This document shows positions 20,368 through 29,264 of a stretch of 32,000 nt of DNA, piece by piece. A model generated the notes under the pieces. That model saw only the letters and a list, made by a program, of their open reading frames with translations, did no database searches and was not told where the DNA came from. This DNA comes from Raphidiopsis brookii D9. GTDB lineage: Bacteria > Cyanobacteriota > Cyanobacteriia > Cyanobacteriales > Nostocaceae. The stretch is from the NCBI GenBank assembly GCA_000175855.1, contig ACYB01000035.1, positions 90,001-122,000 of the forward strand. Direction: 5' to 3'. The position numbers and the translations under genes are program-made. Numbering within the stretch: position 1 is the stretch's first letter; the number at the start of each line of letters is the position of its first letter.

Positions 20368-20799
20368 TAGAACCTCCACTCTGAGGAGGATGATGCTATC
20401 ACAAGACCTGGAAGTAACATCTGGGCGAATTGACTCGCCACCTGAAAATTCATAACTGTAACCATCCTGAATTTGCGGATTGTTGAACAATATTTGTGGG
20501 TGATTGCTACCCCCTACCCCCTGTACACACTGGAGGAACTGTACTTCCTACTATTATAGATGGATATGGTGGGGGATGGGGTTTTCCAGTAAGTCCCACT
20601 TATGATTACTTAATTTTCTATTATACAATCTAGCTGCATGACAGCTTAACTGAAATTCTGGGCCCGATTCTCAGATTCGTTAAAAATCATCAATAACATC
20701 AAATTTACCCCAATCTATTGAGCTAAATTGGGAGTGGGTTCGTCTCCTAGTTGTAGTTTCTAGAAGAACTCTAATCAACCTTCGGAAAAATTCTCAGAA

Positions 20800-21651
20800 A
20801 TGATTCAAAAAATTTTGCTGGCTGTCTCCGGACTCGGACACGCAGAGGAAATGATGAAAAACTTAAAGGAACTACCATCAATCCAATCTGCTAAAATTAC
20901 AGTTCTGCACGTTGTACCTTCACAAAGTACCGCAGCAGCTATGACGGAAAAATGGGAAGAGGGTGGTAAAATCCTCGCCAATGCTATTCAGTCTCTCAAT
21001 TTCGACCCTAGTCAAGTCTCTTCTATTTTGCGTCAGGGTGACCCCAAGGATGTGGTTTGTCAGGTAGCTGATGAAATCGGCGTAGACCTAATTGTTATGG
21101 GATCTCGGGGACTCAAACGTCTAGAATCTATTCTGTCTAACTCTGTTAGTCAGTATGTGTTCCAATTATCCTCCCACCCTATGTTGCTGGTTAAGGATGA
21201 TATCTACGTTAAACGCATTAAACGAGTTATGGTGGCTGTGGATGGCTCCCCTTCCTCATCTCAGTGTTTACAACTGGCTTTGTTTTTGCTAAGTGGGGTT
21301 GAGTCTGGACAGTTAATACTAGTCAACGTTAACACAGACCTGGGAGGTAAAATGTCAGGTATCATTGACATTAAACCGGAAAGAAACTCAGTTTTAGGCA
21401 ATGCGGTAGCTACTGCTGAAAGTCGTGGTATTCCTGTACGTTGTGTCACTAGCAGTGGTAAACCAGGAGAGGAAATCTGCCGTCTGTCACGGGAACTAAA
21501 CGCTGACCTTTTATTGTTGGGATCGCCAGACCGTCGCCCATCTATAGCCAAGAGTTTTGTAGATCTTGACCGACTATTGGGATCCTCCCTATCTGATTAC
21601 GTGCGCGTGAACGCTACTTGTCCCGTACTGCTGGCAAGAACTGTTTCTTAA
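20800..21651 (+). CDS. Tandem universal stress protein (two UspA domains)
   Basis: Two repeats of the fold: ADEIGVDLIVMGSRGLKRLESILSNSVSQYVFQLSSHPMLLVK and SRELNADLLLLGSPDRRPS...LGSSLSDYVRVNATCPVLLAR. Confidence 0.9.
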   Translation: MIQKILLAVSGLGHAEEMMKNLKELPSIQSAKITVLHVVPSQSTAAAMTEKWEEGGKILANAIQSLNFDPSQVSSILRQGDPKDVVCQVADEIGVDLIVMGSRGLKRLESILSNSVSQYVFQLSSHPMLLVKDDIYVKRIKRVMVAVDGSPSSSQCLQLALFLLSGVESGQLILVNVNTDLGGKMSGIIDIKPERNSVLGNAVATAESRGIPVRCVTSSGKPGEEICRLSRELNADLLLLGSPDRRPSIAKSFVDLDRLLGSSLSDYVRVNATCPVLLARTVS

Positions 21652-21673
21652 ATTCGTAGTTCTTTGTAACAAA

Positions 21674-21697
21674 CTGAACAAGTGTTCGCTTGTTCAG
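21674..21697. terminator. Perfect 9-bp hairpin just downstream of the usp gene
   Basis: CTGAACAAG-TGTTCG-CTTGTTCAG, 22 nt past the usp stop; no T-tract follows, so a 3'-end stabiliser or weak terminator. Confidence 0.4.
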
Positions 21698-21727
21698 AAT
21701 GACACCTTATGGTCATGATACTCATAA

Positions 21728-21766
21728 TTGACATTTCCCCGCCTTTACAAGACGGGGGAGTGTCAA
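21728..21766. mobile_element. Near-perfect hairpin resembling an IS200/IS605-family end (possible relic or solo end)
   Basis: TTGACA TTT CCCCG C CTT TAC AAG A CGGGG GAG TGTCAA: 14 outer pairs (including 2 G-U as RNA), one 1x1 mismatch, 3 inner pairs, triloop. On the minus strand it reads TTGACACTCCCCCG..., similar to cyanobacterial IS200/IS605 3' ends. Confidence 0.4.
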
Positions 21767-22071
21767 GGTTAGTTTTTTCCACCTTCACGACTGGCAGTTT
21801 GGATGTAAAGAATTATTAAGAACACGGCAGGAACAAGCACGAACAAGATGCTTGCTACAAACCCCAGGTCATTCACTTGCATGGCAAGATAGCCTCTCTC
21901 TAAGTTGATTTTTGTTGATATACTCACTGACCTAGAAGGCCAGAGATTTTTGACAGTTCACAGCCACCTGCTACTCAAGTAGTCTTGCGATCGCTCCCTA
22001 TCCGTTTTAGGTCGTGCCGATGTCCCGTACTGACCACTTCCACACTATACACTGATTCACTGAAAATGACA

Positions 22072-22097
22072 AGTTGCATAGGAAAAAATCTGCAACT
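22072..22097 (-). terminator. Inverted repeat downstream of the ferredoxin gene
   Basis: AGTTGCA-(12 nt)-TGCAACT, immediately past the minus strand stop at 22110. Confidence 0.3.
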
Positions 22098-22109
22098 AAG
22101 GAGGGACAT

Positions 22110-22406
22110 TTAAGGTTTGGTAATCACACTTACCGGCCCATTAACTAGAGTTTGACAGGCAAGACGGTAAGTATGTGGGGAGTTCTTAAATTTCCGCTTT
22201 TCCACATCCGTGCGCGATGACAGATTCTCCAGTCCTTCAGTAACTTCCACAATGCAAGTGGCACATTGTCCGTAGCCACCACAATTGGTCATTTTACCCC
22301 ACAACTTATAGATGTCAATTCCATTCTCCAGTGCTTTGAGTCGGAGGTTGGCTCCATCCGCTGCTATTACTTCCTTGTTTTCTTTGATGAATTTAATGTT
22401 CCCCAT
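22110..22406 (-). CDS. 2Fe-2S iron-sulfur cluster-binding ferredoxin-like protein
   Basis: 98 aa; [15 protein letters not shown]...[14 protein letters not shown], cysteine ligands C-x5-C-x2-C...C. Confidence 0.88.
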   Translation of the reverse strand: MGNIKFIKENKEVIAADGANLRLKALENGIDIYKLWGKMTNCGGYGQCATCIVEVTEGLENLSSRTDVEKRKFKNSPHTYRLACQTLVNGPVSVITKP

Positions 22407-22506
22407 GGCTCTTAGCTGTTAGTTGTGACTTGTCACTGGTTAGTCTCATTTCTTATGAAAAAGTCCTAGGACAGGGATTACCTGTCCATATTGAGACCCG
22501 ATTAAT

Positions 22507-22644
22507 TTACCTGAAGCCCACAGCAGCTTGCCAAACAAAAGCAAGCAGCAAGAAGAATACAGGGATAACCGGGAGTACGTCTACCAAAGGTCCAAAGGTT
22601 TGGTAAGCTTCAGGGAGTTTTGCTAATAAAATTACTGCTTCCAT
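22507..22644 (-). CDS. psbK: Photosystem II reaction center protein K
   Basis: Not in the ORF track (45 aa). Hand translation: [45 protein letters not shown], matching the mature PsbK sequence signature. Confidence 0.95.
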   Translation of the reverse strand: MEAVILLAKLPEAYQTFGPLVDVLPVIPVFFLLLAFVWQAAVGFR

Positions 22645-22845
22645 GTTTGTTTAAATCCAATTAATCCGACACAGCTTTTATACTTGAGAAGTATCCTATC
22701 ATGGTTTGGTTCTGGTTTAAAAATCTTCTGATTTACCCTTAGAAATTAAAGCTTCAGTCAAATCTTAACAGAAAGGATACATTCAGGAGAAACTTCCTGC
22801 AATTTGAGTTATTATTGGTATTCTGAGATTCTGCATCTTCCTACT

Positions 22846-24018
22846 ATGCTAAATCCTAATCTGGATGAAATCCAGTTAACGAAAGACGACTACGAAAGAT
22901 ACTCTCGCCATTTAATCTTGCCAGAAGTGGGCTTGGAAGGACAAAAACGCCTAAAAGCTGCCAGCGTATTATGTATTGGCACAGGTGGACTTGGTTCACC
23001 ACTGCTATTATACTTAGCAGCAGCGGGGGTGGGACGTATTGGTATTGTTGATTTTGATGTGGTTGATTTCTCTAACTTACAACGTCAAGTCATCCACGGC
23101 ACATCTTGGGTGGGTAAACCCAAAATTGCATCGGCAAAAGACCGCATTCATGAGATTAACCCCTATTGTCAGGTGGACCTATATGAAACTCGGTTAAGTT
23201 CAGAAAATGCTATTGACATACTTAGTCCCTACGACGTTATTGTAGATGGGACTGATAACTTTCCCACCCGGTATCTAGTTAATGATGCTTGTGTATTGCT
23301 AAACAAACCCAATGTTTACGGCTCAATTTTCCGTTTTGAAGGGCAAGCAACAGTATTTAACTATCAGGGTGGTCCTAACTATCGGGATCTATATCCCGAA
23401 CCCCCACCACCGGGTATGGTTCCTTCCTGTGCAGAAGGTGGTGTATTGGGGATTTTACCAGGAATTATTGGTGTAATTCAAGCTACGGAAACAGTAAAGA
23501 TTATTATTGGTAAGGGAACCACCCTCAGTGGGCGTTTAGTGCTATATAACGCTTTGGATATGAAGTTCCGAGAGTTGAAGTTGCGTCCTAACCCTGTCCG
23601 CCCAGTGATTGATAAACTCGTTGATTACGAAGAATTTTGCGGTATTCCTCAAGCTAGAGCAGCGGAAGCCCAACAGCAAATGGAAACCCAGGAAATGACT
23701 GTCAAGGAGTTAAAGACTCTCATAGACAGTGGTTCTCAGGATTTTATCCTATTAGATGTGCGTAATCCTCATGAATATGAAATTGCCAGGATTCCTGGTT
23801 CTGTGTTAATACCCCTACCAGAAATTGAAAATGGTGATGGTGTAGCAAGGGTCAAAGAATTGCTTAATGGACACAGTTTAATTGCCCATTGTAAGATGGG
23901 TGGACGCTCTGCCAAAGCTCTGGCTATTCTCAAAGCATCAGGTATATCAGGAACTAATGTCAAGGGTGGTATTAATGCTTGGAGTCAGGAGGTAGACCCT
24001 TCCGTACCACAGTATTAG
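22846..24018 (+). CDS. moeB: Molybdopterin-synthase adenylyltransferase / ThiF family with C-terminal rhodanese domain
   Basis: RYSRHLILPEVGLEGQKRLKAASVLCIGTGGLGSPLLLYLAAAGVG...; C-terminal rhodanese LLDVRNPHEYEIARIPGSVLIP...AHCKMGGRSAKAL. The ATG at 22846 is preferred over the TTG at 22804. Confidence 0.9.
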   Translation: MLNPNLDEIQLTKDDYERYSRHLILPEVGLEGQKRLKAASVLCIGTGGLGSPLLLYLAAAGVGRIGIVDFDVVDFSNLQRQVIHGTSWVGKPKIASAKDRIHEINPYCQVDLYETRLSSENAIDILSPYDVIVDGTDNFPTRYLVNDACVLLNKPNVYGSIFRFEGQATVFNYQGGPNYRDLYPEPPPPGMVPSCAEGGVLGILPGIIGVIQATETVKIIIGKGTTLSGRLVLYNALDMKFRELKLRPNPVRPVIDKLVDYEEFCGIPQARAAEAQQQMETQEMTVKELKTLIDSGSQDFILLDVRNPHEYEIARIPGSVLIPLPEIENGDGVARVKELLNGHSLIAHCKMGGRSAKALAILKASGISGTNVKGGINAWSQEVDPSVPQY

Positions 24019-24106
24019 TATTAAGCTCAGAAGAGGCGATCGCTCGCGGATAAATTCACCTTCTGTAAACTGGCGATCGCCTTCTTTCAGCCTTCTTATT
24101 CTTAGT

Positions 24107-24757
24107 TTGGGTGCCATTTGGTCTTTTGCGATCGCATCCTTTGTACTTTTAGGTGCTGGTATGGTTTTAAGGTTTTTCCACCCACCAGAAATACCCGCGT
24201 TGCCCAAAAACTTCCCAGCTTCAACAATACCCTTTCATAATCTATCCTTCATTTTCCTAACCGGTTTTACCATGTCCTGGGGATCTCGTTTGCTTATGGA
24301 TACCTTAGGCAAAACGCTCAAAACCCAATTATCCCCTGATAGGATCACCATAACTATGCTATCGTTCGGTTTAGCGCTGGCTTTGGCATCCTTACCTGCT
24401 GGATTTTGTGCTAGCAGGTTTGGTAATCGTCCAATGATGATACTAGGAATTATCGTCACTACTATATCCGTTTCAACCATGATAATTTTCCCAGTGCCAA
24501 TACCCTTTATAATCCTCTTGATAGTGTCCTTAATAGTTGGTTTTAGCTTGATAACAAATGGCATAATTCCATTTATTCTACAGTCAACTCCTCCCCGCTG
24601 GTCAGGATTAGGAATTGGCACTTATTTTGGTGGATTTTCTTTGGCCATGAGTCTTTTTGGCTCGCTCTTTTCTCCAGCTATTAGTCCTTTTGTGGCTGGT
24701 ATAAGCGCAGCCCTAGCTTTTTCCGTTAGTAGTATATGTATTTTTCTACCAAAATAG
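24107..24757 (+). CDS. MFS-like transporter, apparently only the C-terminal half
   Basis: 216 aa, about six hydrophobic segments; LPAGFCASRFGNRPMMILG resembles the inter-TM loop motif of MFS transporters. The MFS-like frame continues a few codons upstream without a good start. Confidence 0.5.
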   Translation: MGAIWSFAIASFVLLGAGMVLRFFHPPEIPALPKNFPASTIPFHNLSFIFLTGFTMSWGSRLLMDTLGKTLKTQLSPDRITITMLSFGLALALASLPAGFCASRFGNRPMMILGIIVTTISVSTMIIFPVPIPFIILLIVSLIVGFSLITNGIIPFILQSTPPRWSGLGIGTYFGGFSLAMSLFGSLFSPAISPFVAGISAALAFSVSSICIFLPK

Positions 24758-24955
24758 AATATAAACGACCTTAAAGATGAAAGTGCCAACATTGCCACCA
24801 TGTTCAGATAGCGCTAGAATTTTCTTAGGGTTTTTTTCAAAAATTACTAATCACTAATCACACCTTTTCTCGTTAAAATGGTATAATTGTTCTGATCAAA
24901 AAAAAACAAAGCAACCCTAACGCATCTTTGTTAAATCCTATATTTAGAGACTCTA

Positions 24956-26030
24956 ATGGCAACTAACACAGCGGATACTGGCAAACAAAAAGCACTGAGT
25001 ATGGTGCTAAACCAAATTGAGCGCAGCTTTGGTAAAGGAGCAATTATGCGTTTGGGTGATGCTACCCGAATGCGAGTAGAAACCATTTCTACCGGAGCAC
25101 TAACCCTGGATTTGGCCTTGGGTGGTGGTTTACCCAAAGGGAGAGTCATAGAAATCTATGGACCAGAAAGTTCCGGTAAAACCACTGTGGCCCTCCATGC
25201 AATTGCGGAAGTACAAAGAAATGGGGGTATAGCAGCTTTCGTGGATGCAGAACACGCTCTGGATCCTACCTATGCAGGTGCATTGGGTGTGGATATTGAA
25301 AACCTGCTCGTTTCCCAACCGGACACTGGTGAAGCTGGTTTGGAAATAGTTGATCAGTTAGTACGCTCCGCTGCAGTTGATATAGTAGTAATTGACTCTG
25401 TAGCTGCCCTAGTACCTCGTGCTGAAATAGAAGGGGATATGGGTGATGCCCACGTGGGTTTACAAGCTAGATTGATGAGTCAGGCTTTGCGTAAAATTAC
25501 TGGTAACATTGGTAAATCCGGTTGCACAGTTATTTTTATTAACCAATTACGTCAAAAAATAGGAGTTACCTATGGTAGTCCAGAAACTACCACAGGTGGT
25601 AACGCCCTAAAATTTTATGCTTCTGTAAGATTAGATATCCGCCGAATTCAAACACTCAAAAAAGGTTCCGATGAATTTGGTAATCGGGTTAAGGTTAAGG
25701 TAGCAAAAAATAAAAGTTGCACCACCCTTTAGAGTAGCTGAATTTGACATTATATTTGGTAAAGGAGTTTCAACCCTGGGTTGCTTAGTAGACCTAGCAG
25801 AAGAAACAGGAGTGCTAATTAGAAAAGGTGCATGGTATAGTCATAACGGAGAAAATATTTCCCAAGGTAGAGATAATGCCATCAAATACCTGGAAGAGAA
25901 ATCTGATTTTGCCGAAAAAATTAAAGAGCAGGTACGTGCTAAACTAGACCAGGGGGCGTTAGTTTCCGCCAATTCTGTGGCTAAGTCCACTGAAGAGGAA
26001 GTAGAGGAGGAAATAGAAGAGGAAGAATAA
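24956..26030 (+). pseudogene. recA: RecA recombinase, interrupted by a +1 frameshift near 25712-25715 (ORFs 24956..25732 and 25812..26030)
   Basis: First frame ends ...[15 protein letters not shown]. Dropping one A from AATAAAAGTT restores ...[68 protein letters not shown]... The corrected frame gives 357 aa. Confidence 0.95.
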
Positions 26031-26040
26031 ACTTCTATCT

Positions 26041-26103
26041 TGTGCTGACAGTGGTTTTTAATCACCATCTTTCGCTATTTGGGTGCGTCTGTCTGTCAGC
26101 ACA
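26041..26103. repeat. Perfect 11-bp inverted repeat with a 41-nt interior, just downstream of recA
   Basis: TGTGCTGACAG (26041-26051) ... CTGTCAGCACA (26093-26103). Confidence 0.7.
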
Positions 26104-26162
26104 CAACCTAAAATCCTTAACTTTGAAACCAATAAAAACTGATTACCGCAAACCCATTAACA

Positions 26163-27101
26163 ATGTCTTTTTTTCGTGAAGATGAATTCCTGAACAATTT
26201 GGGCAATCAAGTTCTAACAGCTACCACGTCCCAATTCCCCCAATTGTCTGATGACCAAATAGCTTTAACCTGGGTTGTTTACGACCCTCCTGTTATTGTC
26301 AACACAGGTGGCGCTTTGACCCCTAATGCTTTTTGGCATCATCCAGTCCGAGGTTTTAGTTATCGTGGTGAAAACCGGATCTATCCCGCTAGTATAGTAA
26401 AATTGTTCTATATGGTGGCAGCTTATGAGTGGTTGGAACGGGAAATGACTACCACTTCTAAGGAGTTGGAACGAGCCCTGAACGATATGATTGTGGATTC
26501 TAGTAATGATGCTACTAGCTTGATAGTTGACATTCTTACCGGAACCACCTCCGGTCCAGAATTGCCTACTGAGCCTTTTGCCACTTGGAAGTATCAAAGA
26601 CAAATTATTAACCGTTATTATCAGTCCCTGGGGTGGCAAGAAATGATGAGTATTAACGTTTGCCAAAAAACCTGGGGTGATGGTCCCTATGGAAGAGAAA
26701 GAGCTTTTTACGGGGAAATGTTTGAAAATAGAAATATGTTAACTACTAATGCTACTGCTCAGTTGTTACACAGTATTGTGGGCGGTGTGGCGGTTTCTAG
26801 TCAGCGTTCTCAGCAAATGCTGACCCTACTCAAGCGAGAAATTAGTACCGATGAATTACTAAAAGATTTAGAAGAGGATCAGGTTACAGGTTTTTTAGGA
26901 GGTGGCTTGCCTCAAAATAGCCAAATCTGGTCAAAAGCGGGTTGGACTTCTTCTGTACGCCATGATGCTGCCTATATTGAGTTGCCCAATCACCATCCTT
27001 ATCTGTTAGTAGTTTTTACAGAAGGGAAGGAAAACGCTAAGAATCGGGAAATTCTGCCTTTTATCTCCGCTGAAATTGCTCATACCATGACCAAGTTGTG
27101 A
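26163..27101 (+). CDS. Class A beta-lactamase-related serine hydrolase
   Basis: SxxK motif in YPASIVKLFYMVAAYEW, SxN-like SSNDATSLIVDILTGT, and a degenerate KTG-like SKAGWTSSVRHDAAYIELP. Confidence 0.8.
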   Translation: MSFFREDEFLNNLGNQVLTATTSQFPQLSDDQIALTWVVYDPPVIVNTGGALTPNAFWHHPVRGFSYRGENRIYPASIVKLFYMVAAYEWLEREMTTTSKELERALNDMIVDSSNDATSLIVDILTGTTSGPELPTEPFATWKYQRQIINRYYQSLGWQEMMSINVCQKTWGDGPYGRERAFYGEMFENRNMLTTNATAQLLHSIVGGVAVSSQRSQQMLTLLKREISTDELLKDLEEDQVTGFLGGGLPQNSQIWSKAGWTSSVRHDAAYIELPNHHPYLLVVFTEGKENAKNREILPFISAEIAHTMTKL

Positions 27102-27109
27102 TTTATCAT

Positions 27110-27748
27110 TTATGAGAATTTTGTCCGGCGATAGATTTCTCTTATGGGAACTTCGACGTTTATACTGTGGAAGATAACTGATTGCTCAATTTGATCATAA
27201 ATTTCCAATTGCCAAAGATTGTTTTTTTCCCCATGTTGTTTATAATATAGTTCAACGTATGGTTCATCCTGAGCAACTAGTACATATTCAATAAAACTAG
27301 GGAGGGAGCGATATTTTCTAAATTTGTCTCCCCTGTCATACTTTTCCGTAGAAGGGGAAAGAACTTCGATAATTAATAGGGGGTTAAGAACTTCATCCCT
27401 GCGATTGGGACTGAATTCGGGACTACCATCAATTACAAATATATCAGCATAGGTTCCATGATTTAAGCTGGGTAGCCAGATTCTTAAATCGCTATTATAA
27501 GTCTCAAAACTGCTATCTCTAAGAGCAAGGTTCAAAAAGGTAGTTATATCCACAGTAATACGACTATGAACTTCCGAACCTCCTGGCATAATCATTATCC
27601 TTCCATCTGCGTACTCATGACGTTCTTGCCCAGTTTCCTCAATCCTTCTGTACTGATCTGGAGTTAGGAGGATTTCAATATCATTCCCGGGAACTGCGAT
27701 CGCTCGATTAGTAGTGTTACTATCAAACCTATTGTTGGCAATAACCAT
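27110..27748 (-). CDS. Uma2 family (DUF820, PD-(D/E)XK-like) protein
   Basis: ILLTPDQYRRIEETGQERHEYADGRIMIMPGGSEVHSRI...SDLRIWLP...YADIFVIDGSPE...NPLLIIEVLSPSTEKYDRGDKFRKYRSLPSFIEYVLV. Confidence 0.92.
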   Translation of the reverse strand: MVIANNRFDSNTTNRAIAVPGNDIEILLTPDQYRRIEETGQERHEYADGRIMIMPGGSEVHSRITVDITTFLNLALRDSSFETYNSDLRIWLPSLNHGTYADIFVIDGSPEFSPNRRDEVLNPLLIIEVLSPSTEKYDRGDKFRKYRSLPSFIEYVLVAQDEPYVELYYKQHGEKNNLWQLEIYDQIEQSVIFHSINVEVPIREIYRRTKFS

Positions 27749-27757
27749 TAATTCACC

Positions 27758-28726
27758 TCAGCAACTTTTAGTTTCTTGACAAGACTCACCATGACAATGA
27801 TTTACCTCTATAGAAACATGAGCAATAGTTGGAATATCCCTGAGTAGCATTTTATAGTATTCTGGGGTTTTTGGATCATGGGTAACTAAGGAAATCATAG
27901 CTGCTAAATGATGCTGTCCAACATACCAAATATGTATATCTGTCACCCGATTATCCGAATTTTCCTCAATGGCATTGACAATGGCCAACCTGATTTTTTT
28001 ATCAGCAGACCCATCCAATAAAATCAAACCGGTATCTTGTAGCAACCCGTAAGACCATTGACTAATTACTCCTGCACCCACCAGTCCCATTGCTACATCC
28101 ATCCATACCCAACCTAAAAATTTACCGGTAAATAAGGCAATAATGGCAAATATGGAAGTCAAAGCATCTGCTAAAACGTGAAAATAGGCAGCACGTAAAT
28201 TATGATCCTGTTGGCGTTCATGATGATGTTCGTAATCATGTTCATGGTGGTCTTGCAATAAAAAGGCGCTGACTATATTGACAAATAGTCCAATAATAGC
28301 TATGGTTATGGACTCATTGAACCGAATTTCGGTGGGTGTCAAAAATCGCTGTAACGATTCAATCCCCATAAAAAGGGCAATAATTCCCAAGACCACAGCA
28401 CTAGTAAATCCAGCTAGGACGCTAACCTTGCCAGTGCCAAAGGTATATTTAGGATTGTTGGCATTATTGCGTGCATATTGATAAGCAAAGACAGTAATAC
28501 CAAAAGCTGCAACGTGGGTAGCCATGTGCCAACCATCAGCTAGTAAGGCCATAGAGCCAAAAATCGTCCCTGCTGCAATTTCCGCTATCATAGTTAATGC
28601 GGTTAGCACCATAACAATTTTGGTACTTTTCTCAGCTTGGTGCTGGTTACCAGCAAAATCGTGGGAATGTTGCCATTCTTCTAAAGTATGAACATGCACA
28701 GGTTTTTGACACTCCTTTACAACCAT
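27758..28726 (-). CDS. dmeF: Cation diffusion facilitator, Co/Ni efflux DmeF-like
   Basis: VHTLEEWQHSHDF, ALLADGWHMATHVAAFG, His-rich loop HHEHDYEHHHERQQDHN, HVLADALTSIFAI. Start at the internal Met (28726) preferred. Confidence 0.82.
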   Translation of the reverse strand: MVVKECQKPVHVHTLEEWQHSHDFAGNQHQAEKSTKIVMVLTALTMIAEIAAGTIFGSMALLADGWHMATHVAAFGITVFAYQYARNNANNPKYTFGTGKVSVLAGFTSAVVLGIIALFMGIESLQRFLTPTEIRFNESITIAIIGLFVNIVSAFLLQDHHEHDYEHHHERQQDHNLRAAYFHVLADALTSIFAIIALFTGKFLGWVWMDVAMGLVGAGVISQWSYGLLQDTGLILLDGSADKKIRLAIVNAIEENSDNRVTDIHIWYVGQHHLAAMISLVTHDPKTPEYYKMLLRDIPTIAHVSIEVNHCHGESCQETKSC

Positions 28727-28988
28727 AATAATATACACATTGTGACCCACCCAGGCACCAGTATAATCACCAGAGTTAATGATAGCAGTGATTGGAGGTA
28801 ACAACCTAGCAATGAGATTGTAAGTATTTGGGCGGTTGTTTGGGTGTTTTCATGACTATATCACAGCGATGACAGACCTTGTCATAGGTGTTGGTTAATC
28901 TGCTAATCTGAAATCTTTTGTTTCTTAATGTATGCTGAAAACGATATTATATAAGGCATCACTTCAGACATCACAGATTGAACGCGCC

Positions 28989-29264
28989 ATGAAAGTAGAA
29001 ACTATTCGCACAACGTTAACCATACCGAAAGAATTGCTAGAAGCAACTGATAAAGCAGTGTTAGAAGGTAAAGCTAAAAATCGCAATGACTTTGTGGTGC
29101 AAGCTCTGAAAAGAGAACTAGCAGCACAAAAACGAGCTGAAATTGATGCCGCTTTAGCGGAAATGACTAGAGACCCGGATTATCAAGCGGAAGTTTTAAG
29201 GATGGAGGTGGAATTTGCTACGGCGCAATGGGAAGCATTGCAGCTAGGGGAATCTCCACGATGA
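28989..29264 (+). CDS. Ribbon-helix-helix (CopG/MazE-like) antitoxin
   Basis: MKVETIRTTLTIPKELLEATDKAVLEGKAKNRNDFVVQALKRELA; its TGA overlaps the downstream ATG (ATGA). Confidence 0.85.
   Translation: MKVETIRTTLTIPKELLEATDKAVLEGKAKNRNDFVVQALKRELAAQKRAEIDAALAEMTRDPDYQAEVLRMEVEFATAQWEALQLGESPR

Noticed and set aside
24956-26030. Intein or intron interrupting recA
   Set aside because: There is no inserted sequence. The two fragments are contiguous apart from one extra base, so it is a simple frameshift.
25933-26030. Acidic C-terminal RecA tail ([14 protein letters not shown]) as an unusual feature
   Set aside because: Acidic C-terminal tails are normal for RecA proteins.
27110-27748. Uma2/DUF820 protein as a transposon-linked or novel nuclease system
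   Set aside because: Uma2 proteins are very abundant and scattered in cyanobacteria; nothing in the neighbourhood indicates a special system.
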